Positions 7,897 through 16,439 of a stretch of DNA of 30,155 nt are shown here, one piece after another (the first letter of the stretch is position 1; every line of letters begins with the position of its first letter). The stretch covers positions 8,482-38,636 of the forward strand of contig DAUV01000105.1 of the NCBI GenBank assembly GCA_002505325.1, written 5' to 3'. The DNA is from Euryarchaeota archaeon UBA623 (GTDB lineage: Archaea; Thermoplasmatota; Poseidoniia; Poseidoniales; Thalassarchaeaceae). Position numbers and translations under genes: made by a program. The notes beneath the pieces were generated by a model. That model was not told the origin of the DNA and ran no database searches. It saw nothing but the letters and a program-made list of their open reading frames with translations.

Positions 7897-7979
7897 TCTC
7901 TCGCCTGAAGGACTGCGGTGCGAGAAGTCTCATGACTGTTCGTGTGCGCATTCATGCCTTCTATTCGTCTAAGGTGCTG

Positions 7980-7988
7980 TTCATATAA
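7980..7988 (+). promoter_or_regulatory. TATA box of the tRNA-Met gene
   Basis: TTCATATAA ends 22 nt upstream of the mature tRNA 5' end. Confidence 0.55.
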
Positions 7989-8010
7989 CCAACCGTAGAC
8001 CCAAGGACAT

Positions 8011-8088
8011 AGCGGGTTGGAGTAGCCAGGTTATCTCGTCGGGCTCATAACCCGGAGACCGGTAGTTCAAATCTACCACCCGCTACCA
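8011..8088 (+). tRNA. Initiator tRNA-Met(CAT), intron-less, with genome-encoded CCA
   Basis: Acceptor stem AGCGGGT/ACCCGCT (A1-U72). Anticodon arm TCGGG-CTCATAA-CCCGG has three consecutive G-C pairs. T arm GGTAG-TTCAAAT-CTACC. Discriminator A, then CCA. Confidence 0.97.
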
Positions 8089-8227
8089 TAGACAAAACAT
8101 AACTGAAAGTGAAATTCGTTGTACTGAGAGCAAACGACGAGGTGAAGCACTTTCAACCGCCGGCAAGGGTCATTCGTTTGTTCAAGTACTATCGAAGCCC
8201 GATAGAGACCATAACAAGGTGAAAGAC

Positions 8228-9229
8228 ATGACCAAGAAGACAGCAAGTGAGAAGGTTGAGGAAGAGAAGATAGTGATTGACGTGGACGAGCCCGAGAGCA
8301 CCGTAGAAGATCTTCCAGGAGTCGGACCTGCGACGGCGGAGAAACTGCGCGAGGCAGGCTTTGAAGAATTACTCTCCATAGCGGTGATGAGTCCGAATGA
8401 GCTGGCCGAGCAGGCCGAATTAGGCGAGGCCGTAGCGGCCAAAATCATCTCTGGCGCAAAGAAGATGGCCAACATAGGCGGATTCGTCAGTGGCACAGCA
8501 CTTCTAGACCGCCGTCGACAGGTGCAGAAGCTTACATCGGGAACCTCGTCATTGGATGAGTTACTTGGTGGTGGATTCGAGACTCAGGCTATCGTAGAGG
8601 TTTACGGTGAGTTCGGCAGTGGTAAGACGCAGATTGGACACCAACTCGCAGTCAATACAATCCTACCTCTAGATCAGGGTGGATTCGATGGCGAGGTCTT
8701 CTATATCGATACTGAGGACACTTTTAGGCCCGAGCGGATAACGCAGATGGCTGAAGCTGTCGGCATAGATCCACAGGATGCCCTTGACAGGATTCATGTC
8801 GCTCGGGCTTACAACTCAGCCCACCAGATGCTCCTGGTGGATGAGATCAAGAGGATGTCAAAGAACATCGATGTCAAGCTAATCATCGTCGACTCGTTGA
8901 CCAGTCATTTCCGCGCCGAGTACATCGGACGCGGCATGCTGGCTCCTAGACAGCAGAAGCTCAATCGCCACATGAAGGAGCTCAAACAAGTTGCAGACGT
9001 CCAGAATGCTCTGGTTCTGGTGACCAATCAGGTCATGTCGAAGCCCGATGCGATGTGGGGAGATCCGACGAGAGCCATTGGAGGGCACATCGTAGCACAC
9101 GCCAGCACATTCCGCTTGTACCTCAGGAAGTCGAAGGGGGGCCGACGCATAGCCCGCCTCGTCGACAGTCCTAACTTACCTGAGGGCGAAGCGGTCTTTA
9201 CCGTGACATCCGAGGGCCTAGAGGACTGA
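8228..9229 (+). CDS. radA: DNA repair and recombination protein RadA
   Basis: N-terminal HhH ([15 protein letters not shown]), Walker [22 protein letters not shown], Walker B IIVDS, LVTNQV, GGHIVAH and [17 protein letters not shown] lies 5 nt before ATG 8228. No intein. Confidence 0.98.
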   Translation: MTKKTASEKVEEEKIVIDVDEPESTVEDLPGVGPATAEKLREAGFEELLSIAVMSPNELAEQAELGEAVAAKIISGAKKMANIGGFVSGTALLDRRRQVQKLTSGTSSLDELLGGGFETQAIVEVYGEFGSGKTQIGHQLAVNTILPLDQGGFDGEVFYIDTEDTFRPERITQMAEAVGIDPQDALDRIHVARAYNSAHQMLLVDEIKRMSKNIDVKLIIVDSLTSHFRAEYIGRGMLAPRQQKLNRHMKELKQVADVQNALVLVTNQVMSKPDAMWGDPTRAIGGHIVAHASTFRLYLRKSKGGRRIARLVDSPNLPEGEAVFTVTSEGLED

Positions 9230-9285
9230 TTCCTGTAGGCTCCTCGGGTCCGAAAGATAGGCCGTAGAAGGCAATATACTGCCGG

Positions 9286-10992
9286 TCAAGCCCGAATCTC
9301 TGCCATCGCCTCACTCAACTCGCCAATCAATGATGCAACGTGCTCCTTGTCAAAACCAAGGTCGAGTCCAGCGGCTCCGAACAGTTCCGGGAGCGGCTTG
9401 GTATTGCCCAGCCTCATGGCCCGTGCGTAGCGGGCGAGACCGTCCTCTGCGTCTCTTCTGTGGTACTGCCACATTTGCAGCGCTCCGAGTTGAGCTATTC
9501 CGTACTCGATGTAGTAGAAAGGCACTTGGAACAGATGAAGTTGGCTCTGCCAGGAAGTCTCTTTCAATCCTTCAAAACCACTCCAATCGGTCCTTGGACC
9601 AAACCTTTGCCTCAACTCCATCCAGTGTTTAGAACGATCTTCATGAGTATGTTCGGGATTGGCGTATACCCAATGTTGGAAGGCATCTATAGTAGCCATC
9701 CAAGGCAAGAAGCAGACGATTTTCTCAAGATCATCGAGCTTCGCTCTACGGGATTCCTCGTCACTGTAAAATACGCCCCATTGAGGTTGACTCATCAGCT
9801 CCATAGACATCGAGGCTACCTCAGCAAATTCAAGAGGAGGGTTTCGCTCTCCTATGAGGTCCAAGTCGGAACTGTAGCACGAGTGGAACGCGTGCCCAGC
9901 CTCGTGCAGCATTGTAGACAGATTGTCATGAGTGCCAGCCGCGTTCATGAAGATGAACGGTATCCGAGTCTTCTCGAGATTGGCCTGATAGCCGCCAGGT
10001 GCCTTCCCCTTCCTGCTCTCAAGGTCGAGTGATTCCTTCTCCCTTAGCATGTCAAACATGCCTCCCAGTTCGGGCGACATGTCATGGAAGACATCCGAGC
10101 AACCTTTGATCAATCCCTCGACATCCTCGAAGGGCCTCAGTGGCGGCCTTCCGTGGATGTCCACTCCTCCACCGCTCTTCTCGCTGACGTCCCACGGTCG
10201 TAATGTGGCAACTCCGAGAGCCTCACGCCTACGCTCTTGGATTTCATGCATCATTGGCACGCAGACGCGCTCGATTGAGTCGTGAAACTCTAGACAGTCT
10301 TCCATAGAGTAGTCGTAGCGATGCTTGGCTTCGAAGATGTAGGAGCGGTAGTCATTGAATCCAGCGTTTACCGCTATCCGATGCCGGATTCGAATCAGTT
10401 TGTCGTAAATCTCTGACAGCCTCTCCGTGTCACTGCTCATCCTTTCCATGACCGCCCTCCAAGCAGCCTCCCTGATACCGCGATCAGTACTCTCGAAGTA
10501 GAGGGCCATCTGTGGAAATGTCTTCTCCTCGCCTTCAAACTCCACGGTCATGGCTCCGGTGATAGTGCTGTGTTCTGTCTCCAGTTTGGCCTCCTCAATC
10601 TGTAGAGCGATGTTCTCCTCTCGAAAGGTCTCGATATCGGTCCGGATGCACTTAATCATCAAGTCATAGCGAGGCGGCAGGTCGCTGACTGCGGAGTGAC
10701 CAGCAAGCCTGCGGTTGAAGGCGTCGCCGAATTCCGACAACTTGGGCTGGGCATTCTCAATGAAGTCTAGGTAGGCCTGACGCTTTGCCTCGCTTTCGGT
10801 GTCGCATGTCATAGCAATGCTCAGAAGTGTCCCCGCCTCAGAGATGTGCTCAGAAAGGGTCGAACAGTCTTTGATCAGAGTTTCGAGACAGCCCGAGCAG
10901 CTCAACTCGCGATTCAAGAGGTCGTGGGCATAAGGCTCAATGTTCTCCCACTGAGTAGCATCGAAATCCTCAGTGATGAATCCAGAACCCAA
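9286..10992 (-). CDS. pepF: M3 family oligoendopeptidase (PepF-like)
   Basis: Motifs RKGKAPGGY, PFIFMNAAG, zinc motif HEAGHAFH, FAEVASMSMEL and HLFQVPFYYIEYGIAQLGA. TTG start with SD GAGGTG overlapping the upstream stop. Confidence 0.92.
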   Translation of the reverse strand: MGSGFITEDFDATQWENIEPYAHDLLNRELSCSGCLETLIKDCSTLSEHISEAGTLLSIAMTCDTESEAKRQAYLDFIENAQPKLSEFGDAFNRRLAGHSAVSDLPPRYDLMIKCIRTDIETFREENIALQIEEAKLETEHSTITGAMTVEFEGEEKTFPQMALYFESTDRGIREAAWRAVMERMSSDTERLSEIYDKLIRIRHRIAVNAGFNDYRSYIFEAKHRYDYSMEDCLEFHDSIERVCVPMMHEIQERRREALGVATLRPWDVSEKSGGGVDIHGRPPLRPFEDVEGLIKGCSDVFHDMSPELGGMFDMLREKESLDLESRKGKAPGGYQANLEKTRIPFIFMNAAGTHDNLSTMLHEAGHAFHSCYSSDLDLIGERNPPLEFAEVASMSMELMSQPQWGVFYSDEESRRAKLDDLEKIVCFLPWMATIDAFQHWVYANPEHTHEDRSKHWMELRQRFGPRTDWSGFEGLKETSWQSQLHLFQVPFYYIEYGIAQLGALQMWQYHRRDAEDGLARYARAMRLGNTKPLPELFGAAGLDLGFDKEHVASLIGELSEAMAEIRA

Positions 10993-11001
10993 ACTACCAC
11001 C

Positions 11002-11271
11002 TCACTTGCGAGCCGGTCTCGGACCATCTGGCAAAGGCCCCTCTTGGCGACTCCACTTGGCACACTTCCACTCCTCTGCCGAGTCAATGACCTGCTGCCT
11101 GATTTGCTCAAGTTCTGGGTGCTCAGGATTGTTATCCTCAATCCAGCAAGCTGTGCAGTACCTCTTGCTCTCGAAGTCCACGAAGTTGCCCGGAGTACAG
11201 TTCACCTTGCAGGTGGTGCAGTGCCTGAATCCGTGAAATTTCGCCATTTTCCCCGAGGAACCCTCGGGCAT
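11002..11271 (-). CDS. Small hypothetical protein with two CxxC motifs (putative zinc finger)
   Basis: CTTC-x17-CTAC. It fills the gap between cgi121 and pepF on the same strand, and its stop overlaps the pepF SD. Alternative start at ATG 11247. Confidence 0.7.
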   Translation of the reverse strand: MPEGSSGKMAKFHGFRHCTTCKVNCTPGNFVDFESKRYCTACWIEDNNPEHPELEQIRQQVIDSAEEWKCAKWSRQEGPLPDGPRPARK

Positions 11272-11307
11272 CTCGCCTATGAGTTTGACCCCATAGGGGT
11301 CAATCGC

Positions 11308-11877
11308 CTACATATCAGCGAGAGCGGTGTGGAGAACGAAGGCATCCTCCTGCCGTGCCTCCTCTATTGAGTCTCCAATCTCGATGACACCTAGTCTCAG
11401 TAAGCCGGCTTCGCTTGGAATAGGTCTGCGGGCGAGTAGCCTCGCTCCAAGGTGCTCTATCAGCCTAGTCGCTTCGATTTCGTCGTCTAGATAGCTAGTG
11501 CGTAGAACCTTTGTCCGACCGAACTCCTCTCCGACCACTGTTTCTGGCAGGTGGATTATCCAAGCCGACTGGTCGCCGCTGCTGATGCCGGCACGCTCAA
11601 AGGCGGAACTGAGTTGATGCGTACCTGAGATTAGCCTTAGGAACTCTGCATCACAGGTCCTTGCCACCATGCGACCAGACTCCTCCAGTCTCCTGAGGGC
11701 TGCCCAAGCCGTCCACAGTCGAAACTCACTACAAGCGGCGTCGTAGGCCAGAAGCAGCCATCTCTCACTCGGCCTCCACTCTCTAAACAGCGCAACCACT
11801 TCGCTCGGCTCAATCATTGCTTCTCCGAAGCTGATACCCCAAGCCGGGAACCATGGCATTGACGAGGATTGGCCCAT
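11308..11877 (-). CDS. cgi121: KEOPS complex subunit Cgi121-like protein
   Basis: AEFLRLISGTHQLSSAFERAGI matches the Cgi121 core motif (E.L....GT.QI..A...G) as I recall it. Size is appropriate. The rest of the protein is divergent. Confidence 0.7.
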   Translation of the reverse strand: MGQSSSMPWFPAWGISFGEAMIEPSEVVALFREWRPSERWLLLAYDAACSEFRLWTAWAALRRLEESGRMVARTCDAEFLRLISGTHQLSSAFERAGISSGDQSAWIIHLPETVVGEEFGRTKVLRTSYLDDEIEATRLIEHLGARLLARRPIPSEAGLLRLGVIEIGDSIEEARQEDAFVLHTALADM

Positions 11878-11910
11878 GCGCTGCGATGGACTCCCGTTGA
11901 AGAAGGGTCT

Positions 11911-14460
11911 CTATCGCGAACCCCGTCTAACAGCGCGACCAGCCGTTGCGACCACTCCGTCCACCAGTTGAGGACTCCATCCACGTAGATCAGACAATTT
12001 CTGCATGTCTCGCTCGGTCAGAGCAGCCACGTCTGCGGCGTTGGAGACGCCCAGCAGGTCGACCATCTGCCTTGCTCTGGACCTACCGACTCCTCGCAGG
12101 GCCACTAGGCCTAGAAGATCTGACTTGCATCCGTACCGTACCCTGCGGTGAATCTCATCTACTGCCTTCACTAGGGTGCGATGAGCATCCCTGTCCATCG
12201 AAGAGAGCTCCTCATCCTCGACCAGAATCCTTCTAGTCGCGTAGAGTAGCCACTCGGCCAACTCGACACGTCCTCGCAAATCTCCTGGCTGTACTCCCCA
12301 GTCTCTCTCTACCTGCTCTACACGGATTTCCTCGGTCCACGATTGGAGTACGAGGACGCCTTTCATCCGACGCTCCTCGTCAAGATCTACTGCCTCGGCG
12401 AGAAACTCCCTTTCATGACCGTGAAGAGCGGCTTGAATGGCATCGTAGTCACCCTTTCTCGGCCACAGTGGCAGGAAGTCGGGGGTGCAAGAGACTAGAT
12501 GTAAGAGGCTTAGAGGAGAGACCTGCCCGTAATCGTCTTCCCCTGTGAGGATGGCCATGGCTCTGCCTAAACCATCGCGTATGATGCGCCCAGATATTGG
12601 ATTGAGGTACAACTGTGCGACTCTCTCTCCTAGAGGTGTGGCGCTGTAGGCCATCGAAGGCGATTCAGGAGGGGCGACCTCGTATGAGTCATGCACACTG
12701 GCCTTACGGAAACCAAAGATGGGGGGGCCACGACGAGGCCTCTCGCCGTGCCTCATATTCGGCTCAGATGCGACATCCAGGCCTGTCACTTCGGAGGCGG
12801 AACCGACCCATGACGGAAGCTCATCCTCCCAATCTTCAGGTTGCTCGACAGGAGGCTCTTCGAGGATTCTCGCCCGGACCTCGTCAGATTCTCCGAGTCT
12901 TTCAATCATCCCGTTTGATGCGAGCCAACTGACTACGTCGTCTATTCTAGCAGCCAGAGATTCCGAATCCAACTGGGTTGCTAGGAATGTTTTGGAGAAG
13001 AATTTCCCGAGGGCGTCCCTGTCAGCAGTGCCTCCAGTAGCAACCATGGATAGGACATGAGTGAGTAAAGCAGGATCTTCCTCGGCTCTCAGGGCGTTTG
13101 GATTGGCGAGTTTTGAAGTCACTTCCTCGGGTTCGCCGTGCAGGTATAGATCAATTAGATGAGACTCCTCTTCGCGGCCCTTGGCAAGTAACCACGCCTC
13201 ACCGACGTTGTCGTACTTTGGTCGCCCCGCCCTCCCCATCATTTGCAAGATTTCGAGTACTGGAAGTGGCATTGTCGTGCCCGCAGCCGCACTCCACCTC
13301 CTGTAGTCCCTGACTACTACCGTTCGTGCGGGTAGATTGACTCCCTGCGCGAGTGTCGGTGTGGCGACCACGCAAAACAAATCACCGTTTCTGAACGAGT
13401 CTTCGACAATATTGCGGTGTTTACTGGTTAGTCCTGCGTGGTGGAAGGCAACACCACCTCTGAGTGAAGATTCCAGCGAGCCCACCATGGCAGAGGAGTC
13501 GCCGCTCCCGACGAGTTTGTCGCCGATATCTTGCCACCGCTCGTCTATACGATTATCGAAGTCATGGCTGCCCTCAATCAGCATCCGCTGGATGTGTTTG
13601 GAGAGTTCGCGTGCTTCTTTCTGAGCAGAGGCACGTGAGGACACGAAGACGAGGAGTTGTCCGCCGTTTTGGATGGTGTCTTGCAGGATTGCCTGCAACG
13701 GCCGGGTAGTCTTACCCTCCAATTCACGCGCCTCAGGCAGTATCTCTTCTCCAGACCCATCTACTCGGTGCACTCTGGCATCCAACCCTGTCAATGTGCC
13801 GTAGTGCAGAGCGACGGGGCGCCAGTCAGATACAATCAACTCTGAATCAAGCCACTCTGCCATCTCTGTGGCGTTTCCTACAGTGGCGGAAAGCGCGATA
13901 ATCTGAGCTTCAGGTCTCCTGTGTCGGATTCGCGACAGCAAGACCTCAAGAGTCGGGCCACGCCCTGGGTCATGCAGCAGATGAAACTCGTCGCTGACGA
14001 CAATACCGACTCTGTCCATCATCTCGGAGCGAGTCCGTAGGAGCGAATCCAACTTCTCGCTGGTACACACAAGAATATCTGCCTCCTCTATCATCCCGGT
14101 CTCGCCCCCTCTATCGCCGATGGCAAGCCCGACGCGCAGTCCAACTGCAGAGGCAATCTCTCTCAACTCAGCCACCTTCTCCGTGGCCAGAGCCTTTAGC
14201 GGCACCACATACAGAGCGCGAGCACCTTCTAGGTCACTGGTCAAGCGGTGGACTATGGTCAAATGAGCTACCAGCGACTTGCCGCTGGCGGTCGGGATGG
14301 TGAGCATCACATTACGGCCCGATAGGGCATGTGGCAAAGCCTCTGCCTGAGGTGGAAACAACTCCTCAATACCCCATTTCTCACGCAGCATAGACACGAT
14401 TCTCTTGTCCATCCCGAGGTCTTCGAGCCTGCGCGAAGGAGGCCCTGTTGATTGGGTCAC
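11911..14460 (-). CDS. hel308: Ski2-like SF2 DNA helicase Hel308 (Hjm)
   Basis: Q motif ELFPPQ, Walker A PTASGKS, VVPLKALA, TSEK, DEFH box, ALSAT, FHHAGL, TPTLAQGVNLPA, QMMGRAGRPKYD, WH motif ATPLG, ratchet RVRYG and C-terminal HhH LRGVGRSRA. Confidence 0.95.
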   Translation of the reverse strand: MTQSTGPPSRRLEDLGMDKRIVSMLREKWGIEELFPPQAEALPHALSGRNVMLTIPTASGKSLVAHLTIVHRLTSDLEGARALYVVPLKALATEKVAELREIASAVGLRVGLAIGDRGGETGMIEEADILVCTSEKLDSLLRTRSEMMDRVGIVVSDEFHLLHDPGRGPTLEVLLSRIRHRRPEAQIIALSATVGNATEMAEWLDSELIVSDWRPVALHYGTLTGLDARVHRVDGSGEEILPEARELEGKTTRPLQAILQDTIQNGGQLLVFVSSRASAQKEARELSKHIQRMLIEGSHDFDNRIDERWQDIGDKLVGSGDSSAMVGSLESSLRGGVAFHHAGLTSKHRNIVEDSFRNGDLFCVVATPTLAQGVNLPARTVVVRDYRRWSAAAGTTMPLPVLEILQMMGRAGRPKYDNVGEAWLLAKGREEESHLIDLYLHGEPEEVTSKLANPNALRAEEDPALLTHVLSMVATGGTADRDALGKFFSKTFLATQLDSESLAARIDDVVSWLASNGMIERLGESDEVRARILEEPPVEQPEDWEDELPSWVGSASEVTGLDVASEPNMRHGERPRRGPPIFGFRKASVHDSYEVAPPESPSMAYSATPLGERVAQLYLNPISGRIIRDGLGRAMAILTGEDDYGQVSPLSLLHLVSCTPDFLPLWPRKGDYDAIQAALHGHEREFLAEAVDLDEERRMKGVLVLQSWTEEIRVEQVERDWGVQPGDLRGRVELAEWLLYATRRILVEDEELSSMDRDAHRTLVKAVDEIHRRVRYGCKSDLLGLVALRGVGRSRARQMVDLLGVSNAADVAALTERDMQKLSDLRGWSPQLVDGVVATAGRAVRRGSR

Positions 14461-14507
14461 GACACGTCTTCGATTCGGCCGTTCTAAAGGATGCCGAGTA
14501 GTGAGGA

Positions 14508-14981
14508 CTAATTCCAGCGATGGAAGGCGGGATGACCCTCCTTTACGGCCACAAAGAGCCCCTCTCCAGTGGCACAGACTTCGCCACCTGCTCTCAAGGC
14601 CATTCTCACCTTCACTCGTCCCTCTTCGATTTCCTTAATCTCCGAGCTGACCTGCAGAGCAACTCCGCATGGAGTGGGCCTTCTGAGTTTAATCGAGTAA
14701 GACGCGGTCACGGTACAGGGGGGCTCGGATTCATTGGATTGATCCATCAGGGCTATCGCTGCTGTCCAGTTGCCGTGACAGTCCAGAAGTGTCCCGATTA
14801 TCCCACCATTAATCATGCCTGGAAATGCCTGATGCTCAGCTTTGGGAGAGAATTCCATCTCCAATCCGTGCTCACTACGGAATGAGCGGATTTTCAAGCC
14901 GTTCTGATTGGCTGGTCCACAGCCAAAGCAGATACTATTCGGGGCATGCTCCTCTTGTACTGATGGCCCCCTCTGTCTCAT
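14508..14981 (-). CDS. PaaI-family hotdog-fold thioesterase
   Basis: CFGCGPANQNGL, HQAFPGMINGGIIGTLLDCH and VTASYSIKLRRPTP. Confidence 0.85.
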   Translation of the reverse strand: MRQRGPSVQEEHAPNSICFGCGPANQNGLKIRSFRSEHGLEMEFSPKAEHQAFPGMINGGIIGTLLDCHGNWTAAIALMDQSNESEPPCTVTASYSIKLRRPTPCGVALQVSSEIKEIEEGRVKVRMALRAGGEVCATGEGLFVAVKEGHPAFHRWN

Positions 14982-15068
14982 ACGACTTGCGAAGGCGCAC
15001 TAGGAATTGAAAATTCCTAGAGTCTGTCTGACGCATGCTCTTAATCGAGAGACCTTTTCCGTGAACCG

Positions 15069-16439
15069 GTGACAGACGCGAATTCGAGTTCACAGGATGA
15101 CGGCCCTGCTGAGGCAGCGGCTCCGAGGCCCAAGAGAAGACGGTCACAACCGTTGAAGGTTGCCAATCAAATTCCACAGAGCCGGCGCAAGGAGATAGAG
15201 AAAGCCCTCGAAGACACTCAGGGCACTCCGAAGAGATGGTCGAGGAAGAACGGTCCGAAGTATCACAGGTTCCTCAAGAAGAGAATAAGTCCCGGCACCG
15301 TGAGACAGATTGAATTTGATTTATTGGATGTCGATATAGGGGAGTCATGGCCAATCCCCATCACTGTGGTCCACGGGGCTAGGCCCGGCCCTGTGGTCAC
15401 CGTGCTCGGAGCACTTCACGGAAACGAGCTCGTTGGACCGCTAGCTCTGACCTATCTATGCGGGCCGAACTTCCTTGGTGAGGACAAGGCAATCGACCCC
15501 GCTGTTATGGCTGGAACGCTTCGAATAGTCCCCGTGGTCAATCTACCTGGATATCGGCGACAGAGCAGGTACATGGCGGATGGTAGAGATTTGAACAGGA
15601 GCTTTCCGGGAAAGCCCGATAGCAACACCACTTCAAGAGTGGCACACCGATTGTGGCACGAAATTATCTCGGGCAGTGATCATGTGATTGACCTTCATAC
15701 TGCTGCTGCCGGCCGAACCAATATGCCCCAGATTCGTGCTAACTTGGCAGATCGCCTCAGCAATAGAATTGCTAGGTCGTTCGGCATTGAGACGATACTA
15801 GACAATGTTGGCCCGAAAGGCTCTCTGCGCAAGACTTCCAATGATGCTGGAATTGGGGCCATAACTTACGAGGGCGGCGGTTCGAACGAGGCTGATCCTG
15901 AATCCGTACAGGTTGCTATCTATGGGGTGCTGAATGTACTCCGCAGCCTCAAGGTATTGCCTGGCTATCCGAGCCGACCAAGATTCAGAATACTAGCCTC
16001 TGGATCGGTATGGATTCGCTCCGACCAAGGCGGCTTGCTCGATGTATTGACTCCCGCAGGCAGTTTTGTCGAGGACGGTGAGACGGTTGCCACGGTGACA
16101 GACCCAGAGAGGCCCGGCGAGAGTTACGATATTCTCTCTCCAACTAGGGGCCTGCTGATTTCGACCGCTACCCACCCGTTCGTCAACGCTGGCACACCAA
16201 TTGGCCATCTTCTTCCGGTTACCCGCGGCATCAAAACGCTGCGCAAGCGACTGGATCCAGAGGGATGTCTCGTCACCAGTGGCTCAGACGGCGAACCGCC
16301 TTGGAGAGAGGATGAGGACGTCGAGGACATTTCCGTAGCGGGGGAATGGTCCGGCGGCTCACCAGACGCGGAATGGGGTCGCAACGAGGAAGATCCAGCA
16401 GACGAAGAAGCTGGTGAGGCCGATCCAAAATGGGCTTGA
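15069..16439 (+). CDS. Succinylglutamate desuccinylase/aspartoacylase family (M14-like Zn) enzyme with charged terminal extensions
   Basis: ALHGNE (Zn-binding H/E), RDLNRSFPG, VIDLH, RTNMPQIR, ITYEGG and a C-terminal sandwich half WIRSDQGGLL...SP..G. Confidence 0.88.
   Translation: MTDANSSSQDDGPAEAAAPRPKRRRSQPLKVANQIPQSRRKEIEKALEDTQGTPKRWSRKNGPKYHRFLKKRISPGTVRQIEFDLLDVDIGESWPIPITVVHGARPGPVVTVLGALHGNELVGPLALTYLCGPNFLGEDKAIDPAVMAGTLRIVPVVNLPGYRRQSRYMADGRDLNRSFPGKPDSNTTSRVAHRLWHEIISGSDHVIDLHTAAAGRTNMPQIRANLADRLSNRIARSFGIETILDNVGPKGSLRKTSNDAGIGAITYEGGGSNEADPESVQVAIYGVLNVLRSLKVLPGYPSRPRFRILASGSVWIRSDQGGLLDVLTPAGSFVEDGETVATVTDPERPGESYDILSPTRGLLISTATHPFVNAGTPIGHLLPVTRGIKTLRKRLDPEGCLVTSGSDGEPPWREDEDVEDISVAGEWSGGSPDAEWGRNEEDPADEEAGEADPKWA

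Noticed and set aside
8011-8088. tRNA-iMet as an integration site for a mobile element
   Set aside because: There is no integrase and no repeat of the tRNA 3' end elsewhere in the window, and both flanks are housekeeping genes.
8228-9229. Intein in RadA
   Set aside because: The protein is of normal length and continuous around the Walker A motif.
9340-10032. 230-aa plus-strand ORF, and similar long ORFs at 955-1296, 10846-11370, 21151-21690 and 27698-28219
   Set aside because: They lie antisense to well-supported genes and have no motifs. Long shadow frames are expected in GC-rich coding DNA.
15120-15150. PKRRRS in the deacylase as a substrate site for the neighbouring kexin-like protease
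   Set aside because: The deacylase has no signal peptide and the protease domain is extracellular, so they would be in different compartments.
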